DNA of 64,000 nucleotides from Candidatus Latescibacterota bacterium (GTDB taxonomy: Bacteria > Latescibacterota > UBA2968 > UBA8231). The notes under the pieces are model-generated. The model made no database searches, was not told the DNA's origin, and saw only the letters and a program-made list of their open reading frames with translations. Location of the stretch: NCBI GenBank assembly GCA_963422735.1, contig OY730476.1, forward strand, positions 3,712,001 through 3,776,000, written 5' to 3'. Below, piece by piece: positions 19,786-29,868 of this stretch. Every line of letters begins with the position of its first letter. Positions within the stretch are counted from its first letter, which is position 1. The position numbers and the translations under genes were made by a program.

Positions 19786-21855
19786 TTAGTAGACGACGGG
19801 CACTGTCAGCAGTCGCCGTGCGGTCTCCCTTTGGGTATTCACTTCGATCTGAAGCAGATACAGGCCTGGAGGAACCAGATTGCGGTCATCATCGAGACCG
19901 TCCCAAAATACCTGTTGGGCTGATCGGCCCCGATTCTCAGCGGCCAAGATCGCAATATAGCGTCCGGCGACATCGTGGACCTTTACTATCACATCTGCTT
20001 CGTCGACGAAGAGGACACTGAACTCGACGCGGATTTCGTCGTTCACCCGGTCCCCATTCGGTGTCAGAGCCGACTGCATGAGGCGGACCCCATCGAGAAC
20101 GGTCGTCCTCGCATCGCGAGAGAAGATCTGCAGACTGTTGGTGGGGACATCATCCCTAGCATTCCCTCCGTTCACCGACTGGGGCAGGTTGTCGCTGGCA
20201 GAATCGATGACCTCCCCAGAGAAGATCGTGGAAGAGGTGAAAAGGGAGGACTCGAGATCGATGCGGACGGGGATATCATTACCGCGTGCCACTCGGTTGG
20301 AGGCGAAGGAGATAAGAAGCTCACCGTCGGTGGCGATCCCGTCCCCGGGCCACACGCTATCGGGAGCCACCGAAACAAGATCCGCATCGCCCATCCTCAG
20401 CCCCTCGAAACGAGTGCCAAAGGGGACCGTCAGTCGCACGGCATCAAATCCCTGTGAATCGTTAGCGAAGTTTGCCGCGATGTCGAAGTATAGCTGCCGT
20501 CGCTCTCCGATGGGGAATTCCGCCGGCTGCGCCTCAGCCGTCGGGCCCGCCGAGACAGCATCCGCCAAGGAGACCTCACCAACGAGCGACGAAGCAAGCA
20601 GTGGGGAAACTTCAAACTGTAGTGAATCGAGACGACCGATGGACAGCACATCGTCCGTCAGGAACGTCGCCCGGAATTGCAAATACTGCCGCCCGTCCGG
20701 GGATCGGTTCAATTGACCGGGTGAGCGATAGGGTGAAGACCACGGTGACCAGTTGGTCTCGTCGTCGAGGACGACGCTGCGCTGATTGGGATAGCGGACG
20801 AAGAGACTCTCCCGTCGGGGCAGCGAGGCGCGCTGCCATTCCGACTCTGTCACCTCTTTGTCGCGCCCGAAGTCATCTACGGCGTAGTAGGCCAGCGGCG
20901 TGTCATCGGTGCCGGAGCGCGTCTCCAGGAGCAGTCGGGCAACGCCTTCGGGGTCATCGACGAGCGCGTCCGCTTCCGTGTCTCGGCGAAGCGAGCGGAA
21001 TGAATAAGTGATCTCGCCTAAGTTGACGGGATCATCGAGTGGGATGGCGGTGGAAACATAGTTTACGTTCGTGGGGACGCCCTCGCCATAGACTTGGAAC
21101 TCGGCCATGCTGTAGAGCTGCTCCGCCAAACTCAGATCGAGTCGGATGAATCTGGCTGGCTGCAGCGGAAAGCTGACATCGACTTGGCTTTTAGTGTTGG
21201 ACTTGGTTTCCCCGATGACGGTGGCGAGTGCCCGCTTAGGTATCGGCTCGGAGCCTTCGAGCAGGAATTCCTCCGCCTCATTCTGTATCGAAAGGCGGTA
21301 TGCCCGAGGCGATCCCTGCTTGTTGGGGATGCCTCGCTTATCGACGCCCGATTGCCGAGGGAAAAACAGGATCCGGTTGATCGGCGTCTCCAAGACTAAA
21401 TCAAAGGTCCAAACTTCTTCCTGCAGGCGCAGGATCTGGTTGAAGGTTTCTATGGGCCCCTCACCGACTAGCTGACGCAGCGAGATCGCCGTCTCGGGAT
21501 CGCCGTCGATGATCACGGCTTCCTCGCGGCTGTAACCACCGTGCCAGAAACGCGGGTCAACGCCAGCTTGGAAACCGAAGGCCTTGCCTGTTGTCTGTCC
21601 CTCCGCCCAAGATAGGCCGAATATATTGGCGAAGACCCCAGGTCCGACCATGATGTTCTCCCATGGCCGCAGCTCTCTGGGCTGCAATGCGCCCGGAGCG
21701 GTCGTGTCATCGAGGGCGATGGCCTTCTGGCGCACCTGTGACCACGAGAAATCCCCCCCCGCCCCTCCGATCTGCACGACGCGGCGCTGACCATAGACCG
21801 CAACCGCTGTCGCGACTAGCAGGATCGTTGTGGTAAGCATCGTTCGCATGCACAT
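19786..21855 (-). CDS. Secreted discoidin-like/Ig protein with TPNGD-FlgD C-terminal domain (paralog 2)
   Basis: RILFFP, ARFIRL, AEFQVYGEG, WSPWSSP, LTPNGDRVND, VPPGLY, ends VVY. Confidence 0.7.
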   Translation of the reverse strand: MCMRTMLTTTILLVATAVAVYGQRRVVQIGGAGGDFSWSQVRQKAIALDDTTAPGALQPRELRPWENIMVGPGVFANIFGLSWAEGQTTGKAFGFQAGVDPRFWHGGYSREEAVIIDGDPETAISLRQLVGEGPIETFNQILRLQEEVWTFDLVLETPINRILFFPRQSGVDKRGIPNKQGSPRAYRLSIQNEAEEFLLEGSEPIPKRALATVIGETKSNTKSQVDVSFPLQPARFIRLDLSLAEQLYSMAEFQVYGEGVPTNVNYVSTAIPLDDPVNLGEITYSFRSLRRDTEADALVDDPEGVARLLLETRSGTDDTPLAYYAVDDFGRDKEVTESEWQRASLPRRESLFVRYPNQRSVVLDDETNWSPWSSPYRSPGQLNRSPDGRQYLQFRATFLTDDVLSIGRLDSLQFEVSPLLASSLVGEVSLADAVSAGPTAEAQPAEFPIGERRQLYFDIAANFANDSQGFDAVRLTVPFGTRFEGLRMGDADLVSVAPDSVWPGDGIATDGELLISFASNRVARGNDIPVRIDLESSLFTSSTIFSGEVIDSASDNLPQSVNGGNARDDVPTNSLQIFSRDARTTVLDGVRLMQSALTPNGDRVNDEIRVEFSVLFVDEADVIVKVHDVAGRYIAILAAENRGRSAQQVFWDGLDDDRNLVPPGLYLLQIEVNTQRETARRLLTVPVVY

Positions 21856-21878
21856 AAATCCTCCTCTTGCCTACTTTC

Positions 21879-23765
21879 TCAGTAGGACACCACCACGATC
21901 CGGAGGTGCTCAAACGTCTTGGTCTGCGTTTTGACGCGCAGGCGAACGATGTAGTGCCCCGGAGGCAGTTTGTGGGCCTCGGTCCATGTGGCTAGATAGC
22001 TGCCAGCCGCGTGCTCCTCTTGTAGGAGGGTATGAACGAGCCGACCCGATAGATCGTGCATCGTGACGCCTACTTGCGCTGGTTCGATGAGGAATACAAG
22101 GTCGTACTGCACCACTAGGTCGTCGTTTCGCTCGTCTCCATTCGGGGTCACAACACCGGCCCCTATATCGAAGTGGCCGAGAGGATCCCCGAGAGAACCG
22201 AAGACGACGACGGAATTCGTGCCGAGCAAGTTGGTGGCATCACCGGGAGCAACCCGCTGCGGAACTGCGCCGGCTGAATCCAAGAGCCAACCCTCGAACA
22301 GAGTCGTGTACCGCAAGGGCGTTGCTGTAAACCTCACAAAGAGAGTGGCGTTGCTCTCGGCTGTGATCCGGCGGCTTGGGAAGAAGAAAGATATGCCGCG
22401 ATCATCGAAAGCGATGCTGTCAACGGCCACTTGCTCTCGGTCCTCGCCGACCGACACCGATTCTAGCTGGGCAGTACCCGGCGTTGCGATGCGCAAACCA
22501 TCGAACCCATCGTCGCCGGACAGATCCGCAGCCAAGGCGTACTCGAAGGTGGCCGGATCCCCTGTAGCGACGGTGGCCACGCCTGTCTGTGGGAAGGGAT
22601 CGCCGACGCGAATGACCTCGGCTCGCGTCCCTTGGGCGAGGGGTGGCGAGTGGGTGAACTCTAGAGCGTCGATCCGAATCACGTCGGTCGCAGTACCCTC
22701 GAAAAAAAATCTGAACTGGAAGAAGGGCCTCGGCATCGGCAGAAAATCGAGGCTAATCTCGTAGGATCCCGTCGAATCGATTGTCACCGGATTCGACCAC
22801 GCACTCCAGTTCGCTGCATCGTATCTCGCCGTGCGCTCGCGGTCGATGAGGTTCTGGTACGCCTCCTCTGAGATCTCCGTCTCGCTGCCGGTTTCGAGAT
22901 CGATCTGGAAATAGGACTCAGGCGAGGTGTCGTTGCCCGCCCGCACCTGGAACACCGCCTGCACCGGATCGTCCGAAGCCACGTCGGGCTCGGTCGATAC
23001 GCGGGTCGCGCGGATCGTTAGGCGACCAAAGTTGCGCACCCCACCTCCGGCGAAGTCAATGAAGTTGGAGACGTACTGAGCACGGGGTACAAATCCCCGG
23101 CCGAACACCTCAATCTCAGCGATGTCAAAGGGGTTCGGTTCCAGCGTTTCCAAGCGGATATATCTGACGAGTTGCCGTGGAAACTCGGCCTCCGTCCGAA
23201 CCTTATTGGAAATCTCGACCCGTGCTAGGATCTCGTAGATCGGCCGCTCGTCCGTTCCAAAAGAGCGCCCGTCGCTGATCTTGACCTCGTAGGCCCGCAG
23301 GAAGGCGGTGCTGTCTCCCGGGTTGGGAAAGAAGACGATCCGTTCGACGGGAAACGAGGCCCCTAAATCGAAGACGAATATCCGGCCATCCTGAGACTGA
23401 CCAGGAATCTGAAATCGCTCCCCAGTGGATGTGTTTGGGTTGCCGTCGACGAGAACGTCATTCGGCTGGCCGTCAGCAACGCGCGCCCACACCCTCGCCA
23501 CACCCTCGGGGATAAATTCGTCTGGGCCCGTTCCAACATCCGTCCAGCGAACGGCGACGACAATGTTCTCGTCGGCCTTGAAGCCTGCCGGTAGCAGCGA
23601 GTCGGCCGTGACCTGCGCCCCCGCAGCCACTAGCTCCATGCTTTGCCAAGTGTCGCCGCCCTGTCCGATATGCACAGTCTCGATCTGACCGCCCGCATCA
23701 ATGCTCAGGAGGAACGTCAGGGCAAGCGGGACGGCTACACCCGCGCGTTTGGCTGTCAGAGGCAC
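21879..23765 (-). CDS. Secreted discoidin-like/Ig protein with TPNGD-FlgD C-terminal domain (paralog 1)
   Basis: DLGASFPVERIVFFP, RYIRL, AEIEVFGRG, WSAWSNP, VTPNGDERND, PPGHY, ends VSY. Confidence 0.7.
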   Translation of the reverse strand: MPLTAKRAGVAVPLALTFLLSIDAGGQIETVHIGQGGDTWQSMELVAAGAQVTADSLLPAGFKADENIVVAVRWTDVGTGPDEFIPEGVARVWARVADGQPNDVLVDGNPNTSTGERFQIPGQSQDGRIFVFDLGASFPVERIVFFPNPGDSTAFLRAYEVKISDGRSFGTDERPIYEILARVEISNKVRTEAEFPRQLVRYIRLETLEPNPFDIAEIEVFGRGFVPRAQYVSNFIDFAGGGVRNFGRLTIRATRVSTEPDVASDDPVQAVFQVRAGNDTSPESYFQIDLETGSETEISEEAYQNLIDRERTARYDAANWSAWSNPVTIDSTGSYEISLDFLPMPRPFFQFRFFFEGTATDVIRIDALEFTHSPPLAQGTRAEVIRVGDPFPQTGVATVATGDPATFEYALAADLSGDDGFDGLRIATPGTAQLESVSVGEDREQVAVDSIAFDDRGISFFFPSRRITAESNATLFVRFTATPLRYTTLFEGWLLDSAGAVPQRVAPGDATNLLGTNSVVVFGSLGDPLGHFDIGAGVVTPNGDERNDDLVVQYDLVFLIEPAQVGVTMHDLSGRLVHTLLQEEHAAGSYLATWTEAHKLPPGHYIVRLRVKTQTKTFEHLRIVVVSY

Positions 23766-23766
23766 G

Positions 23767-24492
23767 TCAGTGTGCCGAAACGGTAGCGGGTGGCCGGTAC
23801 CCCTTAAAGACGTCGCGTTGGAACCTGTAGGTCAGATCTACGGCCTCCACCGGCTCATCAGCGTAGTTGAAACGAACGGCAACGTCGTTGACGCGGATGG
23901 CCAACTCGGTTACGTCTGGGGGCATGGGCGGGAATACGAGAAAGCCTTCGTATTCTTGGCCGCTAAAAATCATCTTGTCGGCATATATATGGAGACGCAG
24001 CAGATCCTCACGCTCACGCATGCGCACATAGTAATTTCCGGCCCAAGCCAACGCATACGCTCGGTAGTACTCACTGATTTCGAGGAATGTCAGGGGCTTG
24101 TAGAAACGCTCGCTGGCGGATCGCAACTCGACTCTAGAAGGATCGATCCTGACCTTCGGATACGCATAGTTTTTGACCCGAAGCAGGAATACGGTAAATC
24201 GCTGGGGCGTAAATGACTCTCCTGGGGGGGTCCAATCACCGAATGTAAAGGGGTTAGTGGACCGTGCTCCGTTGGTCGAGCTCGTGGCGAAACTGCGGTT
24301 GAGCTCCGCGTCCGTCATTGGTCGCAGCGCGATATCGAGTCTCTCGAAGACGTAGGCCACCGATCCGTCATCATGGACTACCATGTGTTCGCTCTGCTCG
24401 GACCCAGGCTTGGGCTGGAGAGGCCCCGGGAAGTAGCGCCCACAGCCGGACGCAATCAGGATCAGCAAGCAGGTACAAAGCACTCTCAACAC
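23767..24492 (-). CDS. Hypothetical lipoprotein
   Basis: Lipobox ASGC, GGAG RBS, beta-rich body. Confidence 0.7.
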   Translation of the reverse strand: MLRVLCTCLLILIASGCGRYFPGPLQPKPGSEQSEHMVVHDDGSVAYVFERLDIALRPMTDAELNRSFATSSTNGARSTNPFTFGDWTPPGESFTPQRFTVFLLRVKNYAYPKVRIDPSRVELRSASERFYKPLTFLEISEYYRAYALAWAGNYYVRMREREDLLRLHIYADKMIFSGQEYEGFLVFPPMPPDVTELAIRVNDVAVRFNYADEPVEAVDLTYRFQRDVFKGYRPPATVSAH

Positions 24493-24512
24493 GGTCTCTC
24501 CGCGCAGTTTAG

Positions 24513-24547
24513 ATAAAATAAGGAGGGAGGACGATCCTCCCTCCTTA
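24513..24547 (-). terminator. Intrinsic terminator inside the envelope operon, after its first gene
   Basis: Perfect stem TAAGGAGGGAGGA-tcg-TCCTCCCTCCTTA followed by TTTT on the minus strand. Confidence 0.75.
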
Positions 24548-24579
24548 GATGGAACAAGAGATGTGGAGCGTTTCTCTAC

Positions 24580-25473
24580 TTACCGCATCAGGGCTTTCAC
24601 CGCACCCCAGCTACTCCCCTCGACGGCTGTGGCGAACTCACCGGTGCCTAGCAAGGTAAATTCGGAGGAGAATTCCGAGCTATGCGCACCGCCGTTTACG
24701 ATGTGCGTCGTAATCTGGTGAGTCCGGCCTCCACTGTCCGCCTCGTTGAGGCTCAGGGACATACCGATCGTCTGGCCTGCTTCGAAGAACCAGCGGACGC
24801 TTGCGTCGCGGCCATCCGGCTGGTACGGATCGTAGGCCTCCATGCGAACTTCGTAGTTCACTGTCACGTCAGTGGCCAAGTGACCGGCACCCGCTGGAGA
24901 GACCACAACGGCCCCCTCAACGGCGCCCGACTCGGGGCCCCACTGCATCTCCGCAGGCTGGTTCCAGCGCAGGAAGGACACGAGGGGGTAACCGCCGGGA
25001 CGGGCGTAGTGAAAGGTCCACTGCTGGTGTCCGGTGCGAAGGGCATCAGCTGCCTCGTTCCACACACCGTGGTCGGGATCCAGAATGAGTTCGAGATCAT
25101 CGTCATGCCAACCATCGTTCGGCTCGGTGACGTCGGCGTTTAGCGTGTCATCGACAACGCGCGTGAATACGTAGAGCCGATTGTCCGGCTCCGGTGTCCA
25201 GCCGACGTGGTGAGCGATGTCGAGGTCGCTACGCGCTGGAAACTCACCCTCGCCGATCACGTCGCACAGTTGGTCGGGACCGATGATGAAGTCCGGATCG
25301 AACCAACCCCAGTCGCTGCTATCGCCGTCGGGATTCATGGATTCTGGGTTGGGCACCTGTAGGGCAAAATAGCCGATATCGTTGCAGTTTTCGTATGCCG
25401 CTACCGGTGCCACGAAACCTGCCAGCAGCACAGTGCCGAGGACTATTGTGCCGAGAACTGCTTTCTTGTGCAT
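24580..25473 (-). CDS. Secreted CBM9/DOMON-like protein with C-terminal TAVEGSSWGAVK tail
   Basis: Signal peptide, DGDSSDW, W..DDLELILDPDH, TIGMSL; GAGGAG RBS. Confidence 0.7.
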   Translation of the reverse strand: MHKKAVLGTIVLGTVLLAGFVAPVAAYENCNDIGYFALQVPNPESMNPDGDSSDWGWFDPDFIIGPDQLCDVIGEGEFPARSDLDIAHHVGWTPEPDNRLYVFTRVVDDTLNADVTEPNDGWHDDDLELILDPDHGVWNEAADALRTGHQQWTFHYARPGGYPLVSFLRWNQPAEMQWGPESGAVEGAVVVSPAGAGHLATDVTVNYEVRMEAYDPYQPDGRDASVRWFFEAGQTIGMSLSLNEADSGGRTHQITTHIVNGGAHSSEFSSEFTLLGTGEFATAVEGSSWGAVKALMR

Positions 25474-25569
25474 GAGATCTCCTCTCGTTCATGTCTTCGC
25501 TTCATTCTTTGGCCGAAGGAAGACGGTAGAATTGGCGCACGGATAGGCATCCGCGCCGTTTATAGAATC

Positions 25570-25626
25570 AACCTATCATACAGGTTATAAGCGGGTTAAT
25601 CTATTCCGCTATATCAAGAAGTTCAA
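25570..25626 (-). promoter_or_regulatory. Sigma70 promoter plus palindromic GntR/FadR-type operator of the envelope operon
   Basis: TTGAAC-17nt-TAGATT-11nt-AACCTGTATGATAGGTT. Confidence 0.75.
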
Positions 25627-25776
25627 GTTTTTTTTGCATGGTAAGTCGCTAGAAGGGCAGGCACGACCAATTTGACTGCCATGACTACCCTACACGCGCT
25701 TGACTACATCTTTGAAGGGGGAGTAACTTGAAGTTGACGAGGTTCTCCGTGGATCGTGGATAACGTATGATGTATT

Positions 25777-27528
25777 ATGATGCACAATGATGCACAGCAG
25801 CGATCAAACTGTGCAGGCAAAGACGAGCCAAATAGTACCTCCCTAGATCGTCGATGGATCCGCCGGGTACTGCGAACTGCTTTGGTGGCAGCACCCCTTC
25901 TATCGGGCTGTAGCGACGATGAGGAGCCGGCTCTTGCCCTTCCTCGATTCAGCGAAGTCGCGGCCGATTCCGGGATCGAATTCCGCCATTTCAATGGCGC
26001 TGCCGGGTCCTACTACTATCCCGAAACCCATGGCTCGGGTGCAGCATTTGCCGACTTCAACGGCGACGGTTTTCCCGATCTCTATGTCGTGAATAGCGCT
26101 ACTATCCACGGCGTGTCCACCGCTCATCTGCCCGCCAATGCTCTGTTGGTGAATCAGACCGACGGAACCTTCGTCAATAGAGCAGCGGAAGCAGGGGTCG
26201 CCGACACGAGCTTTGGCATGGGGGTCGGCGTTGGGGACGTCGACAACGATGGCCACGCGGATCTCTACGTCTCGAACTGGGGTGCCAACCGGCTCTACCG
26301 AAACTTGGGCAACGGCCGCTTTGCGGACGTGACCGAATGGTCGGGGACCGGTGATCTGCGGGTATCTACGAGCACGGCCTTCGCCGACATCGATCTCGAC
26401 AGTGACTTGGATCTGTATGTCGCCAACGATGTGCGGATTGCCGGGGACGATCTCCCGGAGTGCTACCGCGGACCGATTCAGATATACTGTGGCCCTGGTG
26501 CCTATCCCGGCGATTCCGGGTCTCTGTTCCGCAACGACGGGGACCTCCGTTTCACGGATATCACCGACTCGATAGGTGTATGGACCGAAGAAGGTCGTCA
26601 GTTAGGCGTGGGATTCGCCGACTACGATGATGACGGCGACTCCGATCTCTATGTCGCCAATGACCACGAGCCCAATTTTCTATTCCGCAACGACGGGTCC
26701 CAATTCACCGAGGTCGGTGTCTCTGCCGGTGTCGCGACGAGCCCCGATGGAGCCCCGGAGGCGGGCATGGGCACCGATTGGTCCGACTATGATCGCGACG
26801 GCCGACTCGACTTAGGCGTGTGCAACTTCCAGTGGGAGCCCTGCCGACTGCTGCACAATACTGGGGCGGGTCGATTCGAAGACCACACCGCGCAGAGTGG
26901 ACTAGGAGGGCCGACCTATCAAACCCTCACCTTCGGGACCGATTTCATCGATGTTGACAACGACGGATACCCCGATCTGTTCCTCGCCAACGGCCATGTC
27001 GAGCCCAACATCGAAATCCTCGACAGTGCCGGCCCCCGCTATGCGCAGCACGACCAGCTCTTCCTGAACAATCGCGACGGCACATTCACCGACGTGACGG
27101 CAGCGAGTGGTCTGACGGCGTTCTCAGCGGGCGTAGGACGAGGCTCGGCGGCGGCCGACTACGACAACGACGGCGATGTCGATCTGTTCGTGTCGAACAA
27201 CAACCAGCGCCCGCACCTTCTCAGAAACGACGGTGGGAATCGCGCTAGCTGGATTTCGGTCGAGGTAGAAGGTACGCGGAGCAATCGCAGTGGAATCGGG
27301 ACGCGCGTCATTGTATTCTCCGCTGATCTGCAGCAGATGGCCGAGGTCCGGGGTGGTAGCAGCTACCTGTCTCACAACGATCTGCGACTGCACTTCGGCC
27401 TCGGTCGCAGGACGGAGGTGGACCGCATCCTGATTCATTGGCCATCGGGTGAATCGCAAACCGTGGGCCCTGTGCCGGCAAGGCGCTTTGTGCGAATCGT
27501 AGAAGGCGAGCCATGGACGCCACTGTGA
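25777..27528 (+). CDS. CRTAC1-family FG-GAP/ASPIC-UnbV lipoprotein (start uncertain)
   Basis: Repeated D(F/Y)(N/D)xDGxxDL, GGSSYLS, LHFGLG, WPSG; lipobox LSGC. Confidence 0.9.
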   Translation: MMHNDAQQRSNCAGKDEPNSTSLDRRWIRRVLRTALVAAPLLSGCSDDEEPALALPRFSEVAADSGIEFRHFNGAAGSYYYPETHGSGAAFADFNGDGFPDLYVVNSATIHGVSTAHLPANALLVNQTDGTFVNRAAEAGVADTSFGMGVGVGDVDNDGHADLYVSNWGANRLYRNLGNGRFADVTEWSGTGDLRVSTSTAFADIDLDSDLDLYVANDVRIAGDDLPECYRGPIQIYCGPGAYPGDSGSLFRNDGDLRFTDITDSIGVWTEEGRQLGVGFADYDDDGDSDLYVANDHEPNFLFRNDGSQFTEVGVSAGVATSPDGAPEAGMGTDWSDYDRDGRLDLGVCNFQWEPCRLLHNTGAGRFEDHTAQSGLGGPTYQTLTFGTDFIDVDNDGYPDLFLANGHVEPNIEILDSAGPRYAQHDQLFLNNRDGTFTDVTAASGLTAFSAGVGRGSAAADYDNDGDVDLFVSNNNQRPHLLRNDGGNRASWISVEVEGTRSNRSGIGTRVIVFSADLQQMAEVRGGSSYLSHNDLRLHFGLGRRTEVDRILIHWPSGESQTVGPVPARRFVRIVEGEPWTPL

Positions 27529-29072
27529 GAGCACGTGCATGGTTCCTTGCCCTGGTTATGGCTCTCGTCGGGTGCGAAAGCCAACGCCCTGCTGCAGACG
27601 CGCCGCCCACAGCGGACGAGTTGGGGAGGTTGCAGCTAACGTATGAAAAACGACTGCGCGAACGCCCCGGCGATCTCGAGACCCGGGTATCGCTTGCCCG
27701 CGTGCTGCTCGACTTGGGGCAGATGGATCAGTCGATGGATCAGTTCCAAATGGTTCTTCGGTCGGATAGTCTGCACGTGGGGGCGCTGATGGGTCTCAGC
27801 GAGGTTCTGGCCCGAATCCGCGATCACGCGACGGCGCTCTCCTTGGCGAAGCGAGCTGTCGCGGCTAAGCGCGATGCGGAGACGTTGGAGAGGCTATCGG
27901 TGGCGTGGCTCGGGGTCGGACAAATCGAGAGTGCCCGGCTCGCTCTCGCCGAAGCGATCGCGCTGGATCCGGCCCGCCCGGTGCTTCACAAACAGATGGG
28001 TGCGGTACAGGCGGCTCGGGGCGATGTAGCGGCCGCTCAGACCGCGCTGAAGCGAGCGGTGGAATTGGATCCCACATCGCACGAGGCGAGTTTCGCATTG
28101 GGTGCTCTCCAGTGCGAGCGCCTAGGTCGCTGTGCGGAAAGTTTGGATCTCCTCCAGCGAGCCATCGCCTTGGCACCAGACAGTGTCAGATACGAGGTCG
28201 CTGCAGGCCGCGCCCTCCTGCAGGCAGGACGGGCCCACGAGGCCCTGCAGGCATTCTCGACAGCAGTTAGTCTCGACCCCTTTTCGGTGGAGGCGCACGT
28301 CGGTCTGGGACTGTCCCGAGCCATGCTGGAAATGTACGTCGAAGCGGCCACCGCTCTTGAGAGGGCTCTCGAGCTCGATCCAGTGCATCCCGATGTTCGT
28401 CTTCAGTTGGCTTCCGTGTACCGCCGTCTAGGTCGCAGCCAAGACGCCGAGGAGCAGCACGCCGCCCATCGGCGTATCGAGCCACACGTGGCTGGGATCG
28501 AGGGCCTGCGGGCACTAGCCCAGCCAGGCCGCAATCCTAGCGCACACTTCGACCTCGCCCGCCTCTATGCTCGCCTCGGTCATGACGAGGGAAACGCAAG
28601 ACACCTGCGCGACGGTTTGTCCCTCCAGCCGGAGAACGCCCGAGCCTGGCATAACCTTGGCAATGCCCACATCCGATTGGATCGCCCCGGCGAGGCGATC
28701 TCGGCGTACCGCCAAGCCCTGAACCTCAAGCCGGACTATGGCTTGGCGTGGTACAACCTAGGCACGGCCTACGCCACCGGAGGCTACATTGACCTAAGTC
28801 GCGAGGCGTATGAACGGGCTCTGGCTCTATCCGGGAATTCGGCGGATGTTTTCATCGCGCTGGGAAACCTCGAGTTGCAACAAGGCGATGCCCGTACAGC
28901 GGCCGTGCGATACGAACAAGCACTAGCCCAAAATCCCAATCTGCCATCGGCACAGAGGGGTCTCGTGCTCGCGTACCGACAGGCAAGCGACTCGGCAGCG
29001 GCAGCCCAAGCCATCGCAAAATTCAGGAACAAGGGGTCTCCGCCCTCTCCGCCAGCGACGAATGATCCCTAG
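27513..29072 (+). CDS. TPR-repeat lipoprotein
   Basis: Lipobox LVGC; many TPR repeats (AWHNLG, AWYNLG). Confidence 0.85.
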   Translation: MDATVRARAWFLALVMALVGCESQRPAADAPPTADELGRLQLTYEKRLRERPGDLETRVSLARVLLDLGQMDQSMDQFQMVLRSDSLHVGALMGLSEVLARIRDHATALSLAKRAVAAKRDAETLERLSVAWLGVGQIESARLALAEAIALDPARPVLHKQMGAVQAARGDVAAAQTALKRAVELDPTSHEASFALGALQCERLGRCAESLDLLQRAIALAPDSVRYEVAAGRALLQAGRAHEALQAFSTAVSLDPFSVEAHVGLGLSRAMLEMYVEAATALERALELDPVHPDVRLQLASVYRRLGRSQDAEEQHAAHRRIEPHVAGIEGLRALAQPGRNPSAHFDLARLYARLGHDEGNARHLRDGLSLQPENARAWHNLGNAHIRLDRPGEAISAYRQALNLKPDYGLAWYNLGTAYATGGYIDLSREAYERALALSGNSADVFIALGNLELQQGDARTAAVRYEQALAQNPNLPSAQRGLVLAYRQASDSAAAAQAIAKFRNKGSPPSPPATNDP

Positions 29073-29107
29073 GAGCAAATCCCATAGTGTTGTCCACGAG
29101 ATTTTTC

Positions 29108-29137
29108 TTGACTAGAAACGAGATCGTGCCATAGGAT
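29108..29137 (+). promoter_or_regulatory. Putative sigma70 promoter giving a leaderless or near-leaderless gntR mRNA
   Basis: TTGACT-18nt-TAGGAT, ATG after a 5-nt gap, no SD. Confidence 0.45.
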
Positions 29138-29142
29138 GCTTC

Positions 29143-29868
29143 ATGAACGAAAATCCCAATAACAACGCGGACTACCCCAAGGCCGACCGGAATAGGACGC
29201 TGTCAGAGAAAGCGAGCCTCGACCTCGAGGCGTATATCGAGGAGCAGGGCCTGACGCCTGGTTCGAGGATCCCTTCCGAGCGGCAGATCGGCGAAATGCT
29301 CGGGGTGAGTCGCACGGTCGTGCGAGAAGCGGTGCGTCTGTTAGTGGCTAGAGGTCTAGTGGCGTCGAGGATGGGCTCGGGGACCTATATACAGAAGCTA
29401 ACACCCAGTCGGGTCATATCCGAACCGATGGCCATGCTGCTGCGGAACGGCGCGATCTCGTCGGAGCACATGATTGAGGCACGGAACCTAGTTGAGCCCG
29501 AGATCAGTGCCCTCGCTGCCCTGCGGGCCACCGAGTCTGATGTCCGCTCCCTCGAATCCACTATAGAAGTGCTCTCCGAATCGAGTGCGACCAACGAGGA
29601 ATGTGCCAGAGCCGATGCGGCCTTCCATTCAGGCATCGCAACGGCGACGGGCAACCCGCTCTTGCAGGCGTTGTTGGTCAGCCTCGATGAAGTCGTCTAC
29701 GAAGTATGTCTCAGGGGTTATAAGGAGCACCCTAAAGCTCGCCAGCGGGTTCGCGGGTATCACATGGCCATCCTGTCCAGCGTGAAGGAGGGCGACCAAG
29801 CCGGAGCGCGGCGGTATATGGATGCCCATATCGGATACACTGCCACCAGCTCGCGTCTCTACGGATGA
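29143..29868 (+). CDS. GntR family, FadR subfamily transcriptional regulator
   Basis: IPSERQIGEMLGVSRTVVREA, GSGTY, FCD domain (DAAFH..IATATGNPLL). Confidence 0.92.
   Translation: MNENPNNNADYPKADRNRTLSEKASLDLEAYIEEQGLTPGSRIPSERQIGEMLGVSRTVVREAVRLLVARGLVASRMGSGTYIQKLTPSRVISEPMAMLLRNGAISSEHMIEARNLVEPEISALAALRATESDVRSLESTIEVLSESSATNEECARADAAFHSGIATATGNPLLQALLVSLDEVVYEVCLRGYKEHPKARQRVRGYHMAILSSVKEGDQAGARRYMDAHIGYTATSSRLYG

Noticed and set aside
17424-23765. WSxWS as evidence of a eukaryotic cytokine-receptor origin
   Set aside because: Short motif that also occurs in bacterial beta-sandwich proteins; no other similarity seen
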